Below are positions 16,379 through 23,729 of a DNA stretch of 64,000 bases, in pieces (within the stretch, counting starts at the first letter, position 1; each line of letters starts with the position of its first letter). Below the pieces are notes generated by a model, which saw nothing but the letters and a program-made list of their open reading frames with translations, ran no database searches and had not been told where the DNA came from. Position numbers and translations under genes: made by a program. The DNA is from Methanofastidiosum sp. (GTDB taxonomy: Archaea > Methanobacteriota_B > Thermococci > Methanofastidiosales > Methanofastidiosaceae), in assembly GCA_020854815.1 (NCBI GenBank), contig JAHKLW010000005.1:7422-71421 (forward strand), read 5' to 3'.

Positions 16379-16806
16379 AGGGCGATCTCACCCCAAATTT
16401 TGTCTATTTCATTTATCGTTGCAACTTTTATGCCGGGAAGGTCAATCTTTGGTTTATCTTTACCAGCATATATTGCACAGAACTTTCCGATCTGCATGAA
16501 AGAATCCCTGACTTTGACAGCCATCAATATCCCTTCCATTTTTCTCAATCTTTCAAATAAATCCTCTGCCTTTTTTATAGTGATTGAGTCGATTGCATAA
16601 GTTTCAGGAATTATTTCAATGATATAGTAAGTTTCGCCAAGCTTTTTGTGATTTAGGGTTAATCTGTAATTTAGGACATTTCTCAGTTTTTTTAATCGGA
16701 AGTGAATTGTAGTGTCTGGGATGTTCGTGAGTTTTGAGATGTCAGTTATTGAGATTCTCGCATTTTCCTTCATGACATCTATAATCTTTTGATCTATATC
16801 TTTCAT
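16363..16806 (-). CDS. Lrp/AsnC-family transcriptional regulator
   Basis: The N-terminal HTH IDQKIIDVMKENARISITDISKLTNIPDTTIHFRLKKL is followed by an alpha/beta RAM-like C-terminal half. Confidence 0.75.
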   Translation of the reverse strand: MKDIDQKIIDVMKENARISITDISKLTNIPDTTIHFRLKKLRNVLNYRLTLNHKKLGETYYIIEIIPETYAIDSITIKKAEDLFERLRKMEGILMAVKVRDSFMQIGKFCAIYAGKDKPKIDLPGIKVATINEIDKIWGEIALCSKS

Positions 16807-16838
16807 GAAAAGTATTATTTCTGTTACTATTTAAATTT

Positions 16839-16905
16839 ATCGCAATTTAATTTGTTGTTATTGGAATTTAATTATTGGTAATTTTGATTATTGCGAATTT
16901 AACGT
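16839..16905. promoter_or_regulatory. Four direct copies of an AT(T/C)G(G/C)-AATTT motif in the divergent promoter region (candidate Lrp operator array)
   Basis: ATCGCAATTTAA starts at 16839, ATTGGAATTTAA at 16859, ATTGGTAATTTT at 16874 and ATTGCGAATTTA at 16890. Spacings are 20, 15 and 16 nt. Confidence 0.4.
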
Positions 16906-16976
16906 AGATTACCGAAACACTTAAAAACAATCCCAATCTATTTGTTATTGTCCATATAAAAATGGAGGATGATTAA

Positions 16977-17435
16977 ATGATGAAATTTTTTAGAAAACAC
17001 AGAAAGGCTGTTTCACCAGTTATTGCGGTCATGTTATTGGTCGCAGTAGCTGTTGCAGCCGTTGGAGCATACTTCATATGGTTTAGATCTTTCCAGACGC
17101 AAACTCAAGGTTCAGTTCAGCAGCAAGCTAGTGGAGCACTTGGAACAGGATTGCAAGTGGTAAGCTTTGCTAATGACTCTGCATACTACTATGTATCTCT
17201 TAGAAATTCTTCATCGGCGACTCTTGATGTTAAGGCTATTAAAAGAGGTACAGATGCTAATAAGACTGTAGATGATCAAGCCGGCATGCCTGTAAGACTA
17301 CTGCCTAATCAGACTGCTACAGTTTTATTTGTACCCTCAGCGCCAATTCCAAGTGGTAAAACAGATACCTTCACTGTAGACTTTAATTCTTCAACTAGTA
17401 CAGGTGTTTTAGTCCACACTTACACAGCTTCTTAA
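16977..17435 (+). CDS. Archaeal type IV pilin-like protein with class III signal peptide
   Basis: The N-terminus MMKFFRKHRKAVSPVIAVMLLVAVAVAAVGAYFIWF is the canonical archaeal prepilin/archaellin-like signal, with KAVSPVIA at the cleavage region. The protein is 152 aa and Ser/Thr/Asn-rich. The SD GGAGGATGA lies upstream. Confidence 0.85.
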   Translation: MMKFFRKHRKAVSPVIAVMLLVAVAVAAVGAYFIWFRSFQTQTQGSVQQQASGALGTGLQVVSFANDSAYYYVSLRNSSSATLDVKAIKRGTDANKTVDDQAGMPVRLLPNQTATVLFVPSAPIPSGKTDTFTVDFNSSTSTGVLVHTYTAS

Positions 17436-17442
17436 AAAATAT

Positions 17443-17480
17443 TTTATTTTTTGAATATTTTTTCTTTTCTTCTTTTTCTA
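17443..17480 (+). terminator. Oligo-T tracts downstream of the pilin gene (archaeal-type terminator candidate)
   Basis: T6 runs occur at 17447-17452 and 17458-17463, with further T-runs immediately after the stop codon. Confidence 0.4.
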
Positions 17481-17529
17481 ATCAAACTTAAAGAAACTCT
17501 TATATATCTTTATAATTAAAAAGCATTGA

Positions 17530-18336
17530 ATGATAGCCTACAAGATGAGGATTATTGACCTTGTCAATGGTAAGTTAAAAAATGACGATATGGGAGGAGT
17601 TATCCTTTCTACACCCTTTGGCGAATCCAAGGAAGCAAGAATACTTGGCACTATAATAGATTCATATAGAAACAATGAAAATACCTATGGCTCTGTAACA
17701 ATTGACGATGGAACTGCAACGACAAGATTAAAAGCATGGCAAGAAAAAATTGAGCTTCTTGACAAATTCAAAGTTGGGGAAATTGTCGATATAATCGGAC
17801 GAGTTGGAGAATTTCAGGACGAAATATACATCGTTCCAGACATAATAATCCCTGTCACGCCAAACTACTGGATCTATAGAGAACTAGAGCTCTCAAAAAG
17901 AATAAAAGAGCTAATGGAGAGAGGATTGTCATTTGAGTACAAAGAAGATAAAATAGATTCCTATACACCAGCTGCACCGGAAATCCCTCAAAAAGAAGAA
18001 ACATATGAAGAAGTCACTGAAGAGGTGCATATCTCTGAGGTAGAAGAAGCCTTGCAAGAAACAGAAATAGAATCTCTGATGGAAGAAGTTTCTGAGGAAA
18101 CTCTTACTAAAGACATGACAGAAGACAAAGGCGATATGTCGTTTTACGAAGATATCGATGAAGAAGAGATAAAGGAAAGTATATATAACCTTCTAAAGAC
18201 CGACCCCAGGATATCAAAATCAGAAATATCAAATGTTTTGAGTATCGATGAGCTTGATGTTGAGCTATCTATAAAAGACTTAATGGACGAAGGCCGAATA
18301 AAAACAAAGGAAGACGGGTTTGAGATAATTGAATGA
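17530..18336 (+). CDS. OB-fold protein with acidic linker and C-terminal winged-helix (RPA32/Stn1-like architecture)
   Basis: The OB-like segment is ARILGTIID...GSVTIDDGTATTRLKAW...GEIVDIIGRVGEFQDEIYIVPD. It is followed by a long Glu-rich linker and a wH-like C-terminus. Confidence 0.5.
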   Translation: MIAYKMRIIDLVNGKLKNDDMGGVILSTPFGESKEARILGTIIDSYRNNENTYGSVTIDDGTATTRLKAWQEKIELLDKFKVGEIVDIIGRVGEFQDEIYIVPDIIIPVTPNYWIYRELELSKRIKELMERGLSFEYKEDKIDSYTPAAPEIPQKEETYEEVTEEVHISEVEEALQETEIESLMEEVSEETLTKDMTEDKGDMSFYEDIDEEEIKESIYNLLKTDPRISKSEISNVLSIDELDVELSIKDLMDEGRIKTKEDGFEIIE

Positions 18337-18886
18337 TAGGTATGTCCTCTACGCATTAGCCTTCTCTTTCATCTTTGTTTCTGCATTTGTTCTTTTATCC
18401 TTTAGCGAAGTAAAGATTCCTGAAGAGCATTTCACACGACTTTATTTCAATACTACAATACTAGAAAAGGATAGCAATACATCAAACTTAGACGGGGTAG
18501 AACTTATAATAAAAGATGGCGGACTGTCACTTAACAATAAAGATTACTATTACCCTGGCGATACTTTTTTTGCCAGCGGGAAAGGATACACCATTAATAT
18601 GATTGACAATAGTTCAATACTTCTCTATAACTATACTAAGAAAACAAATGGATTAATCTATTTCGATTTTACTATTGAAAATATCGAAGGTATTGATAAG
18701 AATTATAATTATGATATCTATATTGGCGAAAATAAAGTTCTTGAAGGAAATGAATCTATAAAAAAAGATGAAAAAAAGATTATCCAGAAAGAAATTAAAT
18801 ACAATGAGATGGGAGATTACAGATTAAGGATAGTCTTGGATACAGGTTCAGAAATATACTTTAATTTTTCTTCGGTGAAAGAATGA
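18329..18886 (+). CDS. Hypothetical N-terminally anchored extracytoplasmic protein
   Basis: It has a single N-terminal TM helix (LYALAFSFIFVSAFVLLSF) and many N-x-S/T sequons. It overlaps both neighbours by 8 nt and 4 nt. Confidence 0.45.
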   Translation: MNDRYVLYALAFSFIFVSAFVLLSFSEVKIPEEHFTRLYFNTTILEKDSNTSNLDGVELIIKDGGLSLNNKDYYYPGDTFFASGKGYTINMIDNSSILLYNYTKKTNGLIYFDFTIENIEGIDKNYNYDIYIGENKVLEGNESIKKDEKKIIQKEIKYNEMGDYRLRIVLDTGSEIYFNFSSVKE

Positions 18887-19830
18887 AATCAAAGATACTT
18901 GAAATCCTTGAGAAGAAAGGCAGCTATGTTTCTGGAGAAGAAATCTCAAAAGAAATTGGAGTTTCAAGAGCGGCTGTCTGGAAGCATATCAAAAAACTTA
19001 GGGAATTGGGCTATGAAATAGATTCAAAAACAAATGAGGGGTATAAGCTTGTCAAATCCCCTGAAAAGCAGATAGAATTTGAGCTAGAAAGAATGCTTGA
19101 CACAAAAATTATTGGAAAAAAGATACTATTCTTTGAAGAAATAGATTCAACAAACAACAAGGCAAAACAAATTGCATTAGAAGAAAAAGAAGGAACAGTT
19201 GTAATATCGGAGATGCAGACATCTGGTCGTGGTAGAAGGGGGAGAGGGTGGTATTCACCTAAAGGCGGAATTTATGTAACTTTTATACTAAAACCGACTG
19301 TTTCACCTGAAAAAGCATCTCAATTGACTCTAGTTTCTTCGTTAGCTCTTGTTGAAACGTTGAATTCAATTAATGGCAATCTTGATGCAAAAATCAAGTG
19401 GCCCAATGATGTATTAATATCTGGAAAAAAAATATCTGGCATACTGACAGAGCTTTCCGCCGATATGGAGAAGATAAATTACATAGTTGTTGGGGTTGGA
19501 ATAAATCTAAATACAGAGAAAGAAATTCTCCCAGAAAACGGGACCTCGTTAAAAATAGAAATGAGAGAAGAGGTATCCATTAAACTATTCTTAAAGAACT
19601 TTTTAGAGCATTATGATTCAATTTACCAAGAATATGTAAATGGCGAAATTGGCGAAATAATTAGAAGATGGAAAGATAATTCTGATACGCTTGGTAAAAA
19701 TGTCAGGATAATAGGCATAAATGAAACTTACGAAGGTATAGCAAAAGATATTGATGAGAACGGTGCATTGATATTACGGAGTGATAACAAAGAAATCAAG
19801 GTCTACTCGGGGGATGTGTCTTTAAGATAA
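18883..19830 (+). CDS. birA: Biotin--protein ligase with N-terminal HTH (BirA)
   Basis: The N-terminal HTH is followed by the GRGRRGRGW biotin ligase signature and KWPNDV. Size is 315 aa. Confidence 0.9.
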   Translation: MKSKILEILEKKGSYVSGEEISKEIGVSRAAVWKHIKKLRELGYEIDSKTNEGYKLVKSPEKQIEFELERMLDTKIIGKKILFFEEIDSTNNKAKQIALEEKEGTVVISEMQTSGRGRRGRGWYSPKGGIYVTFILKPTVSPEKASQLTLVSSLALVETLNSINGNLDAKIKWPNDVLISGKKISGILTELSADMEKINYIVVGVGINLNTEKEILPENGTSLKIEMREEVSIKLFLKNFLEHYDSIYQEYVNGEIGEIIRRWKDNSDTLGKNVRIIGINETYEGIAKDIDENGALILRSDNKEIKVYSGDVSLR

Positions 19831-19854
19831 ATTTACAAAAATTGATTGAAAAAA

Positions 19855-20180
19855 TTATTCATTCGCTGATAATAATTCTATTATTATCTTTATTACTTCG
19901 TTAATTTTTTCACTTTTTATCTTTCCCACTCTATAAACGACGATTTTTTCATCGGCTGTGAATATTCTATTTGGCCTTATATTACTCTCTTGATTTATTT
20001 CGCCATCTTTAAAATCACTAGAAGATAACAAAATAGCATAATTATCCTTTACTTTTTGGCTAGTAATCTGACATAAAATAATATCATCTCCTGGAGGTGA
20101 TGCCAAAACTAAAGCAGGTCTCCTTTTTATTGTGTCAAATCAGAGAATGGAAAAGGTACTACTACAACATCGCCTTTCAC
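19855..20180 (-). pseudogene. mazF: MazF/PemK-family toxin gene interrupted by a frameshift
   Basis: GTG at 20180 opens VKGDVVVVPFPFSDLTQ*, with TAA at 20127-20129. The next frame continues FDTIKRRPALVLASPPGDDIILCQITS... to 19855. Together these give the canonical MazF pattern (KGDVV.V.FPFSD...KRRPALVLS). The shift lies at an A5 run (20124-20128). Confidence 0.7.
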
Positions 20181-20368
20181 AAATATGCCCAAGCTTCATC
20201 CTCCTCAGGTTTTAGCCAATCTTTTTTCAATGAAGACTCACTAAGAATTGCAGTTTCTGAGATAATATTTGATTTGTTTTTTAAAAAAACTATAAAATCA
20301 AATACTTCTTCGAGTATTGGTTCTGGAGTTTTTTCTATTTCTTTTATAACTAAATCTTTAATGTTCAT
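20177..20368 (-). CDS. Type II antitoxin (63 aa) upstream of the mazF remnant
   Basis: The C-terminal WLKPEEDEAWAYL is typical of small archaeal/cyanobacterial antitoxins. Its TGA stop overlaps the GTG of the toxin reading frame (GTGA). Confidence 0.6.
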   Translation of the reverse strand: MNIKDLVIKEIEKTPEPILEEVFDFIVFLKNKSNIISETAILSESSLKKDWLKPEEDEAWAYL

Positions 20369-20473
20369 TTAATCCCCAAGCAAGAGATAGTTAATGTAGT
20401 ATTAATAACTTTGGTTAAATATTTTACGTTTTACCGGGTAAATTATTTAAAGGGTTAGAACTTATTAGAGAAT

Positions 20474-23329
20474 ATGAAGAAAGAATCTAAAAAAAATGGG
20501 AAGGGGTTTGACCCAAAAGGATTGTTATATTTTATTGTTTTTGCTCTAATAATCGGATACTTCTTTGGGATTCCTATCTACTTTAATTTGAAAGTTCTCT
20601 ACACATTGTTCTATGAGCAGTTTATTGTAAAGCTATCTCTTTACATGATCGGTGTGGTATGGAGTTTGATCCTGGCACTTATCATATTTTTAATAATGTT
20701 CTTTGTGACACCACTAAGAAACATAATAAAGCAGGAGGTCGGAAAGAATATTGCAGGAAAGCTTATCTATCTGCTGTTATTCTTTTTGATCTTCATTTTC
20801 ATGCCAGTGCCGATGCTTTATCTAAGATATGCCCTTTATTTGCAGCAGCTTCCTGAAATAACAAGGCCCCTTATTATGGATTTCATATACAACACAGAAA
20901 GCTTCTATCAAAGCTACCTTTATCTTAATCTGATCAATATCGGGAAAGGTATTCTTTTCATTTTGACCTTGGTGGTCGCATTGCCTTACATAGCTAATCT
21001 ATTATTAGAAAGGGCTAGGAGACTTGGCAGAGTTTTTGAAGATGGGATAGTAAGAGAAGAGCCGAAGGAAATTGTTCTAGAAAAAACACATAGTACTATA
21101 ACAGCAGTGATTTTATTCCTGGCTCTACTGGTCTTCTCAATATTTCTGTTCTTCGGTAACGTATTCACATTCTATATTAATAATCCGGATTATGTCAAGT
21201 TTGGGATACTAAGCTTCTTACAAATTGGTTGGGTTATAGAATCCTTAATCCTTATAGGTATTGGAGCCATGAACATTGTCGTTTCAAGAGACAGAACAGA
21301 ACTTGGAATAATGGGTGGCATATCTTTGATAGCGTTGTTCATGCCAGGTATTGTCAAGGCAGCGTTACTTGTGGTGGCACTAGTCTTTATGCCAACTCTG
21401 AAAAGCATTGTAGATATGAAATTTACTGAAGCAAACGTTGAAGATTACAAGAAAAGGTTCTTTAGCAAACGTGGAATTATCGCACTTTTGGTAATACTTT
21501 TGATAGTTTCACCAACAGCTGCTGCCGGTGTAAAGGGATTTTTACTTGAGAGAAGTGTTGCTGGAAATCCTCTGCTAAACACCCCTTACATTCAAAGAGA
21601 AATAGACTCAAACAGATGGGTTTCCTATGTTGAGAATGTTGAGAGGATAAGTGTAGACATATTACCTCAGACAGAAATTAAGAATATGGTGGTGCAGGAC
21701 TTCTTAGACGAAAATCGTTATCTAATAGACAGGGCCAGAGTCTGGGATTATGTTACAGCATATGTTCTTGCAAGACCGCAACTTGGCCCTAGATATTACC
21801 TTATATCAGATACTGACCTATTCCTGGATCCGGAAGAAAAGAGAATTTATTGGGCCACCTATAAAACTATAAAACCAGAAACACCTGTCACAGACAATTT
21901 TTACAACAGGAACTTGTTCTATGTTGGAACAGACGATATAATTATCATGGACTCAAACACTAGGCAAATTACAAATATACCATCCAAAATATACTTTGGA
22001 GAAGGGCAGCTTGATTATGTCTATTCAAATGGTCTTGAGGTAGAATCTGTGGCCACAAATTCATACGCAACAAATATGTACCTAGCAGAGGACAGGAGCA
22101 CAAATCTTGGGGACAATCTTCAAACTCTAAATGTCGATACAATAAACATTAGCGGATTAATTTTGTTTAGGCTTGAAGGTTACGGTGTCTGGTCAGAGTA
22201 CGCATCACTGGATTATGTTCCATATAGATCGGTAGATGAGAGGAATTCTATTTACCTGCCGGCAGAGTTTGAAAGAGACCTCGATAGTTATATAGTATTA
22301 TACGATAACGAGCCTTACTTCTTAACAGATTACAATTTAAGGCTTGATGCGGGAACTTATATGCCCTATGTAAATCTCGATTACAAGAGAAACGTTGCAA
22401 GAGTCCTTACAAACATGGAAACTGGAGAAGTTTTGGTCTATTATGTTGGCCCTGATGACATCTTTAAAGATATATATCTAGAGATATATCCATGGATTAA
22501 AGATGGTAGTGAAATACCTGCTGAAGTCAGATCCCAGTTAAGGGCGCCTGATGATTATTTCCACTATGTATCTGATGCCTATACAACTTACCACATAACA
22601 GATCCAAAAGAGTATATCGAGGCGACAAACTTCTATGAGTTTGATCTTGGGGATAGTGTCGGAAGATACACTGATTTCATATACAACATCATTGCCAAAA
22701 ATCCAAAAACTGAGAGTTATGAATATGCGGCATTTTTACAGATGATCTTAAGGAGGGCTGAATCAAGAGAACTTACAGCCTTAATGTATGGTTACCTTGA
22801 TGATGAAAACTCAGAGGCAAAGTTCTATGCCATTGACATCTCAGCAGAAAAAATCACAGGTAAGAGAATTACACAGGAATTCTTGAACAGTCAATATCAG
22901 GAAGAGTTTAGACTTTTGGCAGAAACTAAAAGACAGGGAAATATGATTCTCTACCCATTTACATACAAGGAGAGGACGGTACCGTTATATCTCCTCTCAG
23001 TTTACGTACAAAGGGCGGAATCTGTAAATCTATGGGACATAGTCGCGATAGATCCAAGGTCAATGACATTTGGTAGAGGCCAGACTGTTGATGATGCTTT
23101 AATAAATCTCTTTTCAAAGATAACTGTTGCTCCTGTAACACCTACAACACCCACAGACGGAGGGCCTGTTGTCGGACCCACACCGACAGGCGATAAAGAA
23201 GACCTAGTTGCTTCTTTAATTAAGATATATATCCAAAGAGAATCTTTACAACCGGGCTCTGCTGAGTACAGGAGACTTACTGAAGAGATTGTTTCGCTCC
23301 TTAAACAACTTGAATCCCTAGAAGGATAA
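20474..23329 (+). CDS. UPF0182 (COG1615) family large membrane protein
   Basis: The protein is 951 aa. The N-terminal third has about 7 TM helices, followed by a large extracytoplasmic domain, a Pro/Thr-rich linker (APVTPTTPTDGGPVVGPTPTG) and a terminal helix containing AEYRRL. Assignment rests on architecture and recalled family features. Confidence 0.5.
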   Translation: MKKESKKNGKGFDPKGLLYFIVFALIIGYFFGIPIYFNLKVLYTLFYEQFIVKLSLYMIGVVWSLILALIIFLIMFFVTPLRNIIKQEVGKNIAGKLIYLLLFFLIFIFMPVPMLYLRYALYLQQLPEITRPLIMDFIYNTESFYQSYLYLNLINIGKGILFILTLVVALPYIANLLLERARRLGRVFEDGIVREEPKEIVLEKTHSTITAVILFLALLVFSIFLFFGNVFTFYINNPDYVKFGILSFLQIGWVIESLILIGIGAMNIVVSRDRTELGIMGGISLIALFMPGIVKAALLVVALVFMPTLKSIVDMKFTEANVEDYKKRFFSKRGIIALLVILLIVSPTAAAGVKGFLLERSVAGNPLLNTPYIQREIDSNRWVSYVENVERISVDILPQTEIKNMVVQDFLDENRYLIDRARVWDYVTAYVLARPQLGPRYYLISDTDLFLDPEEKRIYWATYKTIKPETPVTDNFYNRNLFYVGTDDIIIMDSNTRQITNIPSKIYFGEGQLDYVYSNGLEVESVATNSYATNMYLAEDRSTNLGDNLQTLNVDTINISGLILFRLEGYGVWSEYASLDYVPYRSVDERNSIYLPAEFERDLDSYIVLYDNEPYFLTDYNLRLDAGTYMPYVNLDYKRNVARVLTNMETGEVLVYYVGPDDIFKDIYLEIYPWIKDGSEIPAEVRSQLRAPDDYFHYVSDAYTTYHITDPKEYIEATNFYEFDLGDSVGRYTDFIYNIIAKNPKTESYEYAAFLQMILRRAESRELTALMYGYLDDENSEAKFYAIDISAEKITGKRITQEFLNSQYQEEFRLLAETKRQGNMILYPFTYKERTVPLYLLSVYVQRAESVNLWDIVAIDPRSMTFGRGQTVDDALINLFSKITVAPVTPTTPTDGGPVVGPTPTGDKEDLVASLIKIYIQRESLQPGSAEYRRLTEEIVSLLKQLESLEG

Positions 23330-23333
23330 TAAA

Positions 23334-23726
23334 ATGATCTTGAGCGGAAGAAAGATATCCAAGGGTATAGCAGAAGGTGAGGTATTGAAAAGTACCTCGC
23401 CAATTTCTTTTCTTGGAGGGGTTGACCCTAAAACAGGAATAATAACGGACAAAAATTCCAATGCGTGTGGAAAGAGTATAAAAGATAAAATTTTTGTCTT
23501 TCCAATGGGTAAAGGCTCAACTGTTGGATCCTATGTTATTTACCAGTTGAAGAAGAATGGTGCGGCCCCTCTTGCAATAATAAATAAAGAAGCAGAAACA
23601 ATAGTTTCAGTTGGCGCTATAATTTCAGACATACCGATGATTGACAAGATAGAAATTGACAATATCGAAGAAGGAAAAAAAGTGAAGGTCAATGGTGACA
23701 AAGGAACAGTAGAATTAGTTTTTTGA
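23334..23726 (+). CDS. Aconitase X swivel-domain protein (DUF126); phosphomevalonate dehydratase small-subunit-like
   Basis: GRKISKGIAEGEVL...PISFLGGVDPKTGII...GKSIKDKIFVFPMGKGSTVGSYVIYQLKKNGAAPLAIIN is the characteristic AcnX small-subunit pattern. Confidence 0.8.
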   Translation: MILSGRKISKGIAEGEVLKSTSPISFLGGVDPKTGIITDKNSNACGKSIKDKIFVFPMGKGSTVGSYVIYQLKKNGAAPLAIINKEAETIVSVGAIISDIPMIDKIEIDNIEEGKKVKVNGDKGTVELVF

Positions 23727-23729
23727 TTT

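Noticed and set aside
16977-17435. The pilin-like gene as an archaellin, marking an archaellum locus.
   Set aside because: At 152 aa the protein is shorter than typical archaellins. No arlC-J (flaC-J) genes are present, and the adjacent ATPases are not ArlI/ArlH orthologues by motif context. It is called a generic type IV pilin-like protein instead.
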